Source: Bacteroidales bacterium
GTDB lineage: Bacteria > Bacteroidota > Bacteroidia > Bacteroidales > UBA7960
Assembly: GCA_007125585.1 (NCBI GenBank)
Contig: SLCY01000087.1
Coordinates: forward strand, 2,644-66,643
Direction: 5' to 3'
Length of the DNA: 64,000 bases
Part shown: positions 20,242 through 31,026 of the stretch, one piece after another
How the letters are laid out: every line of letters begins with the position of its first letter
How positions within the stretch are numbered: the stretch's first letter is position 1
Notes under the pieces: model-generated
What the model saw: the letters and a program-made list of their open reading frames with translations, nothing else
Databases searched by the model: none
Told to the model about the DNA's origin: nothing
Translations under genes and position numbers: made by a program

Positions 20242-21435
20242 ATGAACCACCTGTCAGACAGAATAAATCGCTTGTCAGAGTCCGAAACCCTTGCCATGTC
20301 AAGGATGAGCCGTGAACTCAAGGCCGAAGGCCATGATGTGATCAACCTCAGCGTCGGGGAGCCGGACTTTTTCACTCCGGACAATATCAAAGAGGCCGGC
20401 AAGCAGGCCATAGACGGCAACTTCTCTTTTTATCCTCCGGTAAATGGTTATCAGGACCTGCGCGAGGCCATCTGCAGGAAGCTGGCACGCGACAACAACC
20501 TGGCATACACGCCCGATCAGATCGTGGTGAGCACAGGGGCCAAGCAATCCATTGCCAATGCCATGCTGTGCCTGGTGAACCCCGGTGATGAGGTCATTAT
20601 ACCCACCCCTTATTGGGTAAGCTACAGAGAAATTGTGAAGATGGCCGAAGCAAAGGCGGTATACGTAAAAGCCGGCATCGAGAACCATTTCAAGATCACC
20701 CCCGGGCAGTTGGAAGAGTCCATCACCGACAAAACAAAGATGTTCATCTTTTCAAGTCCCTGCAATCCGACCGGGTCGGTCTATTCGCGCGAAGAGCTCC
20801 GGTCGCTGGCTGCAGTTTTTGAGAGGCACCCCCACGTATATATCATCTCCGACGAGATCTATGAACACATAAATTTTGGTGGGAAGCATGAGAGCATTGC
20901 CCGTTTTGATGCCATCAAAGACAGGGTCGTCCTCGTAAACGGGGTGTCCAAAGGTTTTGCGATGACAGGCTGGCGCCTGGGATACATGGCTGCTCATGCT
21001 GAAGTTGCCAAAGCCTGCGTCAAGTTGCAGGGGCAGATCACTTCCGGAGCATGCTCCATCGCACAGCGTGCCGCCCTGGAGGCCGTGGAGACAGACCCTG
21101 AAGTGACCAGACATATGCTCGAGAAGTTCAAAGAGCGCCGCGACCTGGTAATCAAACTGCTGCACGAAGTCCCTGGAGTCACTGCTAACAAGCCGCAAGG
21201 TGCCTTTTATCTTTTTATCAATGTGAAGGCCTGCTTCGGGAAATATGATGGAGAGCAGCCCGTTAACGATGCCGCCGCCCTATGCATGTACCTGTTGAAA
21301 AAAGCCCATGTTGCAATGGTTCCAGGCAGCGCGTTCGGCGACGATGAATGCGTGCGGTTCTCCTACGCCACATCAAACAACCTGCTCATTGAAGCCATCG
21401 ACAGGATAAAAAAAGCCTTGTCGCAACTAAAATAA
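20242..21435 (+). CDS. aspC: Aspartate aminotransferase, class I/II PLP
   Basis: LSVGEPDF, GAKQSI, PYWVSY, SPCNPTG, SDEIY, NGVSKGFAMTGWRLG, RFSYA. Confidence 0.9.
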   Translation: MNHLSDRINRLSESETLAMSRMSRELKAEGHDVINLSVGEPDFFTPDNIKEAGKQAIDGNFSFYPPVNGYQDLREAICRKLARDNNLAYTPDQIVVSTGAKQSIANAMLCLVNPGDEVIIPTPYWVSYREIVKMAEAKAVYVKAGIENHFKITPGQLEESITDKTKMFIFSSPCNPTGSVYSREELRSLAAVFERHPHVYIISDEIYEHINFGGKHESIARFDAIKDRVVLVNGVSKGFAMTGWRLGYMAAHAEVAKACVKLQGQITSGACSIAQRAALEAVETDPEVTRHMLEKFKERRDLVIKLLHEVPGVTANKPQGAFYLFINVKACFGKYDGEQPVNDAAALCMYLLKKAHVAMVPGSAFGDDECVRFSYATSNNLLIEAIDRIKKALSQLK

Positions 21436-21631
21436 ATCCAACACAGCAGCCGTTTCATCTTATATTATGATGGATGGATGTCTGTCATCATTTTGTCACA
21501 CGGCGACATAGGGGCCCCTCCCTCTGCGCGAAGTACAATATAATAATGGCATCCCAACCAATCAACATGCCGGTTAACCCAACATATGCCTTTCGATACC
21601 AATATAACCAATCAACACCATTCAACGTTCC

Positions 21632-22651
21632 ATGACAGATAAAAATACCATCACCCGTTTATTTCATTCTTTTGAGGGCAAGAAGCTCCTGATCATCGGT
21701 GATGTGATGATCGATGCTTACCTGTGGGGCAATGTGGACCGTGTATCGCCCGAAGCACCTGTGCCCATCGTCAGGCTGAACAAACGTGAGAGCCGGCTTG
21801 GCGGCGCAGCCAATGTAGCCATGAACATACAGAACCTCGGCGGCATCCCTGTGTTGTGCTCTGTGATCGGCAATGACAGCAAGGGCGAGCTTTTCCGGGA
21901 GTTGCTGGATGAGAAGGGCCTCACCAGCGAAGGGATCATCACCAGTGAAAAACGTTTGACCACCGTGAAGTTCCGTGTATTCGGCAACAATGTACAGATG
22001 CTCAGGGTGGATGAAGAGGTGGGGCACAACCTTGAAGATGAAGAGTCGGTGGCGCTGATGAAAAAGGTTACCGCACTCCTTGACACCAATGGTGTGGATG
22101 CCATCGTGTTTGAAGATTATGACAAAGGGGTTATCTCACCGGTTTTGATAGAAGAGGTCCTGAAGCTTGCAAAAAAGCATGATGTGCCTGTTGTGGTGGA
22201 CCCCAAAAAGAAAAATTTCTCCCTGTACCAGGGTGTAACGTTGATAAAGCCCAACCTGAAAGAGCTTCGTGAGGGGCTTAACCTGAATGGAGAGCTGGCA
22301 GACCCCGAGCATATCCACAAGGCGGTGCTTGCTTTACAGGATAAGTTGCAGGTGGGGATCGTCCTTGCCACCTTGTCTGACAAAGGCATTTATTATTGCC
22401 GTCGCAATGCTGGTGGCGACATCGAGTCAGGATCTATTCCAGCTTATATTCGTGATGTTGCCGATGTGTCCGGTGCGGGAGATACCGTGATCAGCCTTGC
22501 CGCACTCTGTGTTGCCGTGGGTGCCCCCGTAAAGCTCATGGCAAGGCTCTGCAACCTGGGTGGCGGCCTGGTGTGTGAACTGGTAGGGGTCGTCCCTGTG
22601 AACAGGGACAAACTGCTGTTTGAGGCATTGAAGAAGTTTTGCCAGAACTGA
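21632..22651 (+). CDS. rfaE1: D-glycero-beta-D-manno-heptose-7-phosphate kinase (RfaE domain I, PfkB family)
   Basis: IGDVMIDAYLWG.V.RVSPEAPVP, GGAANVA, DYDKG, VDPK, KPNLKE, DVSGAGDTV. Confidence 0.85.
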   Translation: MTDKNTITRLFHSFEGKKLLIIGDVMIDAYLWGNVDRVSPEAPVPIVRLNKRESRLGGAANVAMNIQNLGGIPVLCSVIGNDSKGELFRELLDEKGLTSEGIITSEKRLTTVKFRVFGNNVQMLRVDEEVGHNLEDEESVALMKKVTALLDTNGVDAIVFEDYDKGVISPVLIEEVLKLAKKHDVPVVVDPKKKNFSLYQGVTLIKPNLKELREGLNLNGELADPEHIHKAVLALQDKLQVGIVLATLSDKGIYYCRRNAGGDIESGSIPAYIRDVADVSGAGDTVISLAALCVAVGAPVKLMARLCNLGGGLVCELVGVVPVNRDKLLFEALKKFCQN

Positions 22652-22714
22652 CATAAGCATCTGTTATAGCGCCGATTCTTTAACTCATAAAACAAAACCA
22701 GGATCATCGAGAAA

Positions 22715-23350
22715 ATGGACCTCGCATCTTTTCGCAATGAGTATACAATGGCGGAACTGGATCAGTCGATAGCGCCTTCCGACCCCATTGTGTTGTTCCA
22801 TCAATGGCTTGATGAGGCAGTCATGCGGAGCCTTCCTGAGCCCAATGCCATGACCCTTGCCACCGTCACTCCTGATGGCAAGGCAGCCGCAAGGGTTGTT
22901 TTGCTTAAAGCGGTGGATGACGGCCACTTTGTCTTTTACACGAACTACAAGAGCCGGAAAGGGAGGGAGCTGGAGTCCAACCCCCATGCCGCACTTGTTT
23001 TCCTCTGGCTGGAGTTGCAGCGCCAGGTCAGGGTGGAAGGCACAGTCGAAAAGGTGAGTGCGGCTGCTTCTGATGCCTACTTTGCCACAAGGCCGAGGGA
23101 TAACCAGATTGGTGCCTTGGCCTCACCGCAAAGCGAACCCGTCAGTGACCGTGAAACGCTTGAACGGCAATACCTGGCAGTGCAAAAACGCTATGAAGGC
23201 CGTAAGATCGGGCGCCCCGACCAGTGGGGAGGATACAGGCTGCAGCCCGACAGCATTGAGTTCTGGCAGGGGCGCAAAAGCCGTATGCACGACAGGCTGT
23301 TTTACAACAAACAAAACGGGCAATGGGACGTCCGGCGACTGGCGCCATGA
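22715..23350 (+). CDS. pdxH: Pyridoxamine 5'-phosphate oxidase
   Basis: EPNAMTLAT, ARVVLLK, FYTNYKSRKG, RQVRVEG, EFWQGR..RMHDR, RLAP. Confidence 0.95.
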   Translation: MDLASFRNEYTMAELDQSIAPSDPIVLFHQWLDEAVMRSLPEPNAMTLATVTPDGKAAARVVLLKAVDDGHFVFYTNYKSRKGRELESNPHAALVFLWLELQRQVRVEGTVEKVSAAASDAYFATRPRDNQIGALASPQSEPVSDRETLERQYLAVQKRYEGRKIGRPDQWGGYRLQPDSIEFWQGRKSRMHDRLFYNKQNGQWDVRRLAP

Positions 23351-23430
23351 CCGTTGGTTTATAAACAAACAAAATAAGCCGGGGGCATTTTACGTTCACC
23401 AATCCATAAATACTCAATTCAAGCAAGATC

Positions 23431-24183
23431 GTGAAAAGCAAACACCTCTTCAGGATACTGATCGCCACCTGCTGCATCTTGTTTCTGCTGCCGGAAGATG
23501 TGATGGCACAGCGCAGAAACAGAAGGATCCAGTTTCTGAACCGCCTTGAACATGACCACAGGCCCTACCATTTTGGTTTCGCACTGGGGGTGAACACCAT
23601 GAACTTTTCCATCAAGCCCGATGACGATCTGCAGGGCGAATATGGTTTTGAGTATGTATTGCCCGAACAGGATTACGGCTTTCATATCGGCATCGTATCC
23701 AGTTTAAAGCTGGGCCAGTTTACCGACCTTCGCTTTATCCCCACCATATCTTTCGGTGAACGTTACCTTGAATACTACCGGCCCGGAGAATGGGACCCCC
23801 ATGACCCCGATCCGGGAGGCAGACAGTATCTCGAGGCCACCATCCTGGAGTTTCCCCTGCACCTGAAGTACAAATCGGCCCGCATGACCAATACCAGGGT
23901 CTATGTGCTTACCGGTGCCAAATATACCCACGACCTGGCGTCCATCGAACTGGGAATAGGGGAGAATATCCTTGCCCGGGTGGGCAGAAACGATATCCAT
24001 TACGAGGTTGGAGCAGGCTTCGACCAGTATTTTTACTACTTCAAGTTCTCTGCCGAGATCAAGTTATCTTTTGGGCTGACAAACCTTGTTCGCCCTGGGG
24101 AAGTAGCCCCTATTAACGATTACTACAATTCCATCGACCGCCTCAACTCCCGCAGCCTCATGGTCTCCCTTACCTTTGAATAA
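23431..24183 (+). CDS. porT: PorT family outer-membrane beta-barrel (T9SS)
   Basis: Signal peptide; HFGFALG.N, DLRFIP.ISFGER, FPL.LKYKS.R, YFYYFKFS.EIK...G..N, C-terminal TFE. Confidence 0.75.
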   Translation: MKSKHLFRILIATCCILFLLPEDVMAQRRNRRIQFLNRLEHDHRPYHFGFALGVNTMNFSIKPDDDLQGEYGFEYVLPEQDYGFHIGIVSSLKLGQFTDLRFIPTISFGERYLEYYRPGEWDPHDPDPGGRQYLEATILEFPLHLKYKSARMTNTRVYVLTGAKYTHDLASIELGIGENILARVGRNDIHYEVGAGFDQYFYYFKFSAEIKLSFGLTNLVRPGEVAPINDYYNSIDRLNSRSLMVSLTFE

Positions 24184-24256
24184 CATGGAGCCCTGTGTCG
24201 TGGACGCTGTTTTGACTGCGTTCCCCCCGTTGCGGGTGCTATCATGATTGCGGACA

Positions 24257-24787
24257 TCAGGGCTTTAGTTTGTTAAAAAAGTCCCAGACAACAATTCCGG
24301 CGCTAACGGAGACATTCATTGAATGTTTCGTGCCAAACTGGGGGATCTCCAGACAGGTGTCGCACAATGCCAGCACCGCATCATCCACCCCTTTCACCTC
24401 GTTGCCCAACACCAGTGCGTATCTTCTACCCTTCTCGGGATGAAAATCTTTAAGGTTCTGGCTGTTGGTGGCCTGTTCCAGGGCAATGATCGTGTAGCCT
24501 TCATCTTTGAGCTGCCGGATGGCTTCGGTGGTTTTCTCGAAATATTTCCACGCCACCGATTCGGTTGCGCCCAGGGCGGTCTTATGGATCTCCCGGTGCG
24601 GGGGGGTGGCCGTGAAGCCGCAAAGGATGATGCCCTCCAGCAGAAAAGCATCGGACGTGCGAAACACCGAGCCGGTGTTCATCATGCTGCGGATGTTGTC
24701 GAGCACCAATACCAGCGGAAACTTGTCCGACGCCCGGAACAGCTCCGGCGTCTTACGCCTCAGTTCATCCATGGTTAGCTTGCGCAC
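24257..24787 (-). CDS. TrmH/SpoU family RNA methyltransferase (short)
   Basis: LDNIRSMMNTGSVFRTSDAF, KTALGAT, GNEVKG, IPQFGTKHSMNVSV. Confidence 0.9.
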   Translation of the reverse strand: MRKLTMDELRRKTPELFRASDKFPLVLVLDNIRSMMNTGSVFRTSDAFLLEGIILCGFTATPPHREIHKTALGATESVAWKYFEKTTEAIRQLKDEGYTIIALEQATNSQNLKDFHPEKGRRYALVLGNEVKGVDDAVLALCDTCLEIPQFGTKHSMNVSVSAGIVVWDFFNKLKP

Positions 24788-24831
24788 CAGAATACGGGAT
24801 TTGGCTTATTGTTCAGTTCATTATTCCCATT

Positions 24832-25533
24832 TTACGGTTTTCCCTTGCCCATAAGTTCCTTCACCAGCTTTTTCGTCCCCGTGCCTGCTTTCTCCTTGAT
24901 GACGTGCAGTTCAGGGATATGCCCCACGCTCAGGTCATCCGGGTCTATCAGATACACAGGGGTGCCCGGACGCACATAGTTCACCAGGCTGGCTGCGGGA
25001 TATACATTCAGGGAAGTGCCGATGATCACATAGATATCTGCCGTGGAGGAGAGGTCTGCAGCAGCGGGGATCATGTTTACCGGCTCACCGAACCACACGA
25101 TGTGTGGACGCAGCGGTGACCCCTTCTCACATTTGTCGCCCGGCTTCAGCTCCCATCCGTCAAGATCATATACCAACGTCTCATCCACCGACGAACGCAC
25201 CTTCTTCAACTCCCCGTGCAGGTGCATCACCTGGCTTGATCCCGCTTGCTCGTGCAGGTCGTCCACATTCTGGGTGATGATGTGCACATCATATTCCTTC
25301 TCCAGCTCCACCAAAGCACAATGGGCATCATTGGGCGCCACCTCATACAATTGTTTGCGGCGCTGGTTATAAAACTCCAGCACCAGCTCCCTGTTGCGCT
25401 CCCAGGCCTCAGGAGTGGCAACATCCATGATGTTGTATTCCTCCCACAATCCACCACTATCCCTGAATGTCTTGATACCACTCTCGGCACTGATGCCCGC
25501 ACCTGTCAATACGACAATCCGTTTTCCCGACAT
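24832..25533 (-). CDS. cobB: NAD-dependent protein deacylase (sirtuin, class III)
   Basis: TGAGISAESGIKTFR, FYNQRR, TQNVDDLHE, HLHG, RPHIVWFGE, GTSLNVYPA. Confidence 0.92.
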   Translation of the reverse strand: MSGKRIVVLTGAGISAESGIKTFRDSGGLWEEYNIMDVATPEAWERNRELVLEFYNQRRKQLYEVAPNDAHCALVELEKEYDVHIITQNVDDLHEQAGSSQVMHLHGELKKVRSSVDETLVYDLDGWELKPGDKCEKGSPLRPHIVWFGEPVNMIPAAADLSSTADIYVIIGTSLNVYPAASLVNYVRPGTPVYLIDPDDLSVGHIPELHVIKEKAGTGTKKLVKELMGKGKP

Positions 25534-25632
25534 AATCATTGTGTTTTGTGTTGCAGAGACCTTGCCGGTCGCATGTTTACAGACAAAATTAAAAAATATT
25601 CACCGGTTCTTGCAATTATTGCACAATAATAC

Positions 25633-25640
25633 TATATTTG
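25633..25640 (+). promoter_or_regulatory. Bacteroidota -7 element upstream of the TetR/MMPL operon (TATATTTG)
   Basis: TAnnTTTG match in the divergent cobB/tetR intergenic region. Confidence 0.5.
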
Positions 25641-25703
25641 TGCAATTGTTTCATGCCCATTTTACGGCAACCAGCAGTTCACACGCAGCCAGCTACCAGA
25701 CAG

Positions 25704-26276
25704 ATGACCACAAAGGAGCACATCTTAAAAGCCGCCCGTCAGGTTTTCGAAAGGTTCGGTTTCAATAAGGCGTCAATGGCCGACATCGCCCACATGTCGA
25801 GGAAAGGGCGCCGGACGATATATACCCATTTCAGCAGCAAGGAAGCAGTATTTAAGGCCGTGATAGACAAAGAGGTGAGTGCTTTGGCCAATCAACTGAG
25901 AGGGGTAACACAGCGGCCTGTTTCCGCGGAAGAAAAACTTCGGCTGTACATGCACACACGTATGAACGCTGTCAGGGAGCTTACGGTCTATTATGATGCA
26001 TTGCGGCAGGACCTTGTAAACAACATGGGCATCGTGGAGCAGCTTCGTGAGGAATATGATGCCATGGAGGTTGCAATGATCAGGGAGATCCTGGATGAGG
26101 GCAATGCTTCCGGCACCTTTGCCATAGATGACACGCACCTGGTCGCAGAGGCAATCGTGACGGCCACCAAAGGATTTGAGCTGCCCATCTTTATGGGGCG
26201 CAGTGATTTCGACCACAAACGCCTGATTGACCCGCTGATCAGCTTATTGTACACCGGCATTAAAAACAACGCATAA
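25704..26276 (+). CDS. TetR/AcrR family transcriptional regulator
   Basis: ILKAA.QVF.RFGF..ASMADIA......RRTIYTHFSSKE HTH. Confidence 0.9.
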   Translation: MTTKEHILKAARQVFERFGFNKASMADIAHMSRKGRRTIYTHFSSKEAVFKAVIDKEVSALANQLRGVTQRPVSAEEKLRLYMHTRMNAVRELTVYYDALRQDLVNNMGIVEQLREEYDAMEVAMIREILDEGNASGTFAIDDTHLVAEAIVTATKGFELPIFMGRSDFDHKRLIDPLISLLYTGIKNNA

Positions 26277-26295
26277 ACCCGTCAAGATAAGCGAC

Positions 26296-28572
26296 ATGGA
26301 TATTTTTGCTGAAGGGATCGTACGGCTCAGATACCTCGTCATCATTGCAGTGACAGCCATGACCATTGTGATGCTCTTTTTTTTGAAAGACTTGGAGGTC
26401 AATGCCGATGTGATGAGTTACCTTCCGGAAGAGGATCCTTCAGCGATGCTTTTCAACCGTATCGGTGACACTTACGGTGGGAATGAGATGGTCATTGTGG
26501 GATTGGAGGGAAAGCATGTTTTTGAGACAGATATGCTGGAACTGGTCAAACAGGTAACCGACAGCATCCGTTCGGTGCCGGGCATCGGTTACGTGACCAG
26601 CCTTACCAATGTGCTGGATATCCGGGGCACTGAATACGGGATAGAAACGGGCAGGCTGGTGGATGAATACGACATTCCCGGCGAAAGGGAGGCGCTGGAT
26701 TCACTGAAGGCCTACACCCTGTCCAAAGACATCTACAGGGGCAACCTGGTATCGGAAGATGCGACGGCCACCCTGGTTATCGGCAAGATCCTGACCAATG
26801 TGGACCGGACCGAGGTGGTTGAAAAAATCCAGCAAAAGCTGAAAGGGATCCCATTCGAGGGAAACATTTATTATGGCGGGATGCCTGTGACATTGCTGGA
26901 ACTGAGCCGGATCATCATCAGCGACATCCGCTATATTGCACCCCTGGCTTTTGTGTTGATCAGCCTGGTTTTGCTGGCGGGGTTTCGCAGTGTTCACGGT
27001 GTGCTGCTGCCCATGCTCACCGTGCTCATTGCCATCACCTGGACCATGGGGGTAATCGCCATGCTGGGATATCAGATCACCATGCTATCCAACATTATCC
27101 CGGTCATCCTGCTTGCCGTAGGCAGTGCCTATGCGATCCATGTGGTCAATGCCGTGATGGCTGAAAAACATATCGACCCAAACAAGGCATTGCAACGGGC
27201 GGTAAAGTATATCGTGGTTCCCGTGATACTGGCGTCGGTGACCACCATTTTTGGGTTTTTGTCGTTTATCGCAGGATCATACCTTACCTTGATCAGGGAG
27301 TTTGGCATGTTCTCCGCAGTGGGCATTTTCTTTTCCATGCTGCTGACAGTAACTTTCGTGCCGGCCTTGCTGGCTGTGATGGACGAAAATGACCGGCCGG
27401 TGAAAAGACCTGCCACCTCCCATATCTTCGACCGGATACCCGAAAAACTGTCCATGCTGGTTTTCAACCATCAAAGATGGCTTTTAACGATCTGGCTGCT
27501 GCTGTTGGGTGTCAGCATATGGGGCATGACAAAGATTGAAAGGCGTGTGGAGATCATCGATTATTTCCAGCAGGACAATATTGTCAGGAAGGGTGAAGAC
27601 CTTCTGGCAGAAAAGTTCAACGGCAGCACACCCCTTTTCCTGAAGATCGACGGCGATGTCCAGAGTCACACGGTATTGCAGATGATGAGCCAGGCCCAGG
27701 ACTATATGGAACAGTTCGATTATATCCCCTATACTCAGTCGGTGGCCGACCTCATCAAGCAGATGAACGATGTCATGGGCGAGGGAAAGGTCATTCCCGA
27801 CGATGATGTCAAGATCGCCCAGCTATGGTTCCTCCTGGAAGGACAGGAGATCATGGAACAACTGGTGAGCCCCGGCTTTGATGAAGGGATCATCCAGGGC
27901 TATGTGACATCGAACGAGCTGGAAGTGCTCAGGGAGATAGAGACAAACTTTGAAGCTTTCGTGGAAAAACACAGCACCGAAAATTTATCCATGTCCGTTA
28001 CCGGCATCCCTGTCATGATGAAGCGCCTTGATGACAGCATCATCAACAGCCAGACATACAGCCTGATCATTGCCCTCGCACTGGTGGTGCTGATGACCAG
28101 TTTGTTGTTGCGTTCGTTCAACAAAGGACTGTTGGCGGTCATTCCCATCGGCGTGACCCTGATCGTGCTTTTCGGCATCATGGGGATCACGGGGGTGCCC
28201 CTGGATATTGCCACAGTGCTTACCGGAAGCGTGACCATTGGCATCGGGATAGATTATTCCATCCATTTCTTCAGCCGGCTCGGCGAAGGACAGCAGCAAC
28301 AGCTTGGGCTGCAGGAAAGCCTTGGCAGGGCCATAAGCATAAGCGGCAAGGCCATCGTTATCAACATGATCTCTGTCAGCGCCGGTTTTGCGATGCTGGT
28401 GTTTTCCAACCTGGTGCCCCTCCAGCGATTCGGATTCCTCATCGCTGTCACAATGATCACCGCAGGGATGGCAACCCTCACGATCCTTCCGGTGATCCTT
28501 GGAGGACGTTTTATTCAAAGCAAGGGAAAAAAGAAAGAGACCTGCAACCAAAAGGGTGAATGTTACAGCTGA
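26296..28572 (+). CDS. MMPL/RND family (predicted lipid) exporter
   Basis: Two repeats of periplasmic loop plus TM bundle; AVGSAYAIHV and GIGIDYSIHF motifs. Confidence 0.88.
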   Translation: MDIFAEGIVRLRYLVIIAVTAMTIVMLFFLKDLEVNADVMSYLPEEDPSAMLFNRIGDTYGGNEMVIVGLEGKHVFETDMLELVKQVTDSIRSVPGIGYVTSLTNVLDIRGTEYGIETGRLVDEYDIPGEREALDSLKAYTLSKDIYRGNLVSEDATATLVIGKILTNVDRTEVVEKIQQKLKGIPFEGNIYYGGMPVTLLELSRIIISDIRYIAPLAFVLISLVLLAGFRSVHGVLLPMLTVLIAITWTMGVIAMLGYQITMLSNIIPVILLAVGSAYAIHVVNAVMAEKHIDPNKALQRAVKYIVVPVILASVTTIFGFLSFIAGSYLTLIREFGMFSAVGIFFSMLLTVTFVPALLAVMDENDRPVKRPATSHIFDRIPEKLSMLVFNHQRWLLTIWLLLLGVSIWGMTKIERRVEIIDYFQQDNIVRKGEDLLAEKFNGSTPLFLKIDGDVQSHTVLQMMSQAQDYMEQFDYIPYTQSVADLIKQMNDVMGEGKVIPDDDVKIAQLWFLLEGQEIMEQLVSPGFDEGIIQGYVTSNELEVLREIETNFEAFVEKHSTENLSMSVTGIPVMMKRLDDSIINSQTYSLIIALALVVLMTSLLLRSFNKGLLAVIPIGVTLIVLFGIMGITGVPLDIATVLTGSVTIGIGIDYSIHFFSRLGEGQQQQLGLQESLGRAISISGKAIVINMISVSAGFAMLVFSNLVPLQRFGFLIAVTMITAGMATLTILPVILGGRFIQSKGKKKETCNQKGECYS

Positions 28573-28598
28573 TTGAAAACAAACATAATAACCGATAA

Positions 28599-29351
28599 AT
28601 GTACGCTATGAAAACCATGATGATCAAAGCGCTGCTGCTGCTACTGGCTTTGAGCGGTGCAGGCGAACTGGCCATGGCAGCGGATGCCGAAACGATACTC
28701 CGGCGGATGGACGATGTCGTTTTCGCCGGCGAAGACCAGAAAAGTTCCATCACCCTGATACTCATCGACAGGAGCGGCCATGAAAGAATACGCGAGGCCC
28801 GGGTCTGGCAAAAGGGTGTGAACAAACGCCTCTTTCGTTTCACTGCCCCGGCGGCCGAAGCCGGCATTGCATTCCTTTCGCTGCCGGATGAGGTGATGTA
28901 CCTCTACATGCCAGCCTATGGCAGGGAAAGGAGGATCGCCTCCCACGTCAAGAACCAGTCCTTTGCCGGCACCGACTTCTCCTACGAAGACCTGGAAGCC
29001 GAAAAATATTCAAAAAGGTTCTCGCCAAAGGACCTGGAAGAAACGGAAGATCATTATATCATACAGCTCGAACCATTACCGGACGTTCGAAGCGACTACT
29101 CAAAGATCATCATCCACATCAACAAAAAGCATTTTTATCCCGAAAAAATGAAAAGCTTCGACAGGGGCGGACAGGAATTCAAGGTTGCCGAGTACACCTT
29201 TGATAAAAAAGGGGATTACTGGTATACCAAAGAAATACACATGACCAACCTGAAACGGGACCACAGCACCCGGATGATCTTTGAAGAAGTGGCGTTTGAT
29301 ACCGGCCTTGATGATGAAATCTTTACCATAAGAAACCTGACAAGGTATTGA
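28599..29351 (+). CDS. LolA-like 'outer membrane lipoprotein-sorting' protein
   Basis: Signal peptide; F.APA..AGIAFL, YLYMPA..RERRI, SFAGTDFSYEDL, FDTGLDDEIFT.RNL. Confidence 0.8.
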   Translation: MYAMKTMMIKALLLLLALSGAGELAMAADAETILRRMDDVVFAGEDQKSSITLILIDRSGHERIREARVWQKGVNKRLFRFTAPAAEAGIAFLSLPDEVMYLYMPAYGRERRIASHVKNQSFAGTDFSYEDLEAEKYSKRFSPKDLEETEDHYIIQLEPLPDVRSDYSKIIIHINKKHFYPEKMKSFDRGGQEFKVAEYTFDKKGDYWYTKEIHMTNLKRDHSTRMIFEEVAFDTGLDDEIFTIRNLTRY

Positions 29352-29439
29352 ACACGTTATCATATAAGCGACTGATCATGTTACCATAAATGCGCACTGG
29401 ATTTTGGGATCGCTAATGCTGACTAAACACATCAACCCC

Positions 29440-30801
29440 ATGAACACGAACACGTTTATACTTTCAGGCTTGTTGCTGCTGTTGCCGGGGTGGATATCGG
29501 CACAGGAACATCCGCTGATTTTGCGGGGCTCGGTAGAGACCGACCATCGCCTGATGTTGAGGGGCGATCAGGATTGGGCCTGGAATGAGAACCGCCTTGA
29601 CCTGACGCTGGAAAAGAGGGTAAGCCCGCTTCGGGTCGTGGGCAACGTATGGATCCGGCACCTGGGGCCATCCATTGTGGAAGGATCGGGCGACCTCTTC
29701 CATAAAGACAAGATCAACCCGTGGAACTTGGATATCCGGGAGTTGTATGCCGAGGTGCACGGATTCCTTTTTGAAGACCTTGATATGAAGGTCGGCCGCC
29801 AAACCATTGCATGGGGTACCGCCGACAGGTTCAATCCCACCAGCAATCTGAACCCCCACGACCTCGAGGATGTATTGGACTTTGGCCGCATGATGGGCTC
29901 CGATGCCATCAGCCTCCAATGGCACTTCAGCCACCAAAGCTCCCTGCAAACGGTATATATCCCCCGTTTTCAGCCGGCCAGCATGCCCCTCAGACCGTTC
30001 TCCGACCTGTTTGCCTTTCCCTTTGAAATACCGGACATTATACCAGCGCCCGGAACAAGCGATCAGCTCATCATGCCGCGAAACAACTTTTCGGAAGGCG
30101 CCACCATCGGGATGCGATGGAGAAGCTTTGCCGCCAACACCGACTATTCACTCAGTTATGTTTACGGCAGAGACCCCCTGCCCCTGCCCACGTCCGTCAC
30201 CCTCAGCATCAACCAGGATACGGGAGTACCCCATATCCATGCCACCCTGGTCTATCCCCGCCACCATATCATTGGAGCCGACCTGGCAGGCAGCATTGGC
30301 AGGGTCGGCGTATGGGGCGAAATGGCCGTGTTTATCCCCGAAACCGAACTGATCATGCAAGTGCACCTTCCACCGCATCAAATGCCAATTCCCATGCCGG
30401 ACGACGAGGTCATCCTGAAAAAAGAGCCCTATACGAAAATTGTTGTGGGAAGTGACTACACATTCGCAAATGGCACCTACATGAATGTGCAATACCTCAG
30501 GGGCTTCCTCCATGAAAGGGGCCGTGATCAGCTCAGCGACTACCTTATCCTGCAAACAGAAAGAACCTTTTTGCAAAACAGGCTCCGCATACAGCCCCTG
30601 GCAGGCGGCGTATCCATTTCTGAATGGGACGACCCGGCCAACCATCATGCCTGGTTCTATACACCCGAGGTCTCCTACCAGGGGATCGACAACCTGGTGG
30701 TGTCAATAGGGGGCTATTTCTTCGATGGCAATGGGAACAATATATTCGCCGGCATGAAAGAGAAAAACATGATGCGGCTGCATGTGAAAGCCAGCTTTTA
30801 A
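29440..30801 (+). CDS. Outer-membrane beta-barrel protein, DUF1302-like
   Basis: Signal peptide; IRELY, VGRQTIAWGTAD.FNP...NP.D, terminal Phe (KASF). Confidence 0.65.
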   Translation: MNTNTFILSGLLLLLPGWISAQEHPLILRGSVETDHRLMLRGDQDWAWNENRLDLTLEKRVSPLRVVGNVWIRHLGPSIVEGSGDLFHKDKINPWNLDIRELYAEVHGFLFEDLDMKVGRQTIAWGTADRFNPTSNLNPHDLEDVLDFGRMMGSDAISLQWHFSHQSSLQTVYIPRFQPASMPLRPFSDLFAFPFEIPDIIPAPGTSDQLIMPRNNFSEGATIGMRWRSFAANTDYSLSYVYGRDPLPLPTSVTLSINQDTGVPHIHATLVYPRHHIIGADLAGSIGRVGVWGEMAVFIPETELIMQVHLPPHQMPIPMPDDEVILKKEPYTKIVVGSDYTFANGTYMNVQYLRGFLHERGRDQLSDYLILQTERTFLQNRLRIQPLAGGVSISEWDDPANHHAWFYTPEVSYQGIDNLVVSIGGYFFDGNGNNIFAGMKEKNMMRLHVKASF

Positions 30802-30949
30802 CCAACAATTCCGGGGTGTGACCGGGGTCTGATTTTTCTTTAGACCAATGATGGTTTAGGATACAAATCGCTGCATGTCAGATATATACATCTTTTTATT
30901 TTTTGTCCCTTCATATTGTAAAAATCAGTAGTTTTGTTATTGATATTGA

Positions 30950-30957
30950 TATATTTG
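30950..30957 (+). promoter_or_regulatory. Bacteroidota -7 element upstream of the octaheme cytochrome operon (TATATTTG)
   Basis: TAnnTTTG in an AT-rich intergenic region about 70 nt before the start. Confidence 0.5.
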
Positions 30958-31026
30958 CATATATGCTTTAAACAGCCTTTTCCGGCGCATACACAGGTTG
31001 CATATTGATCATAACATTTGTCTTCA

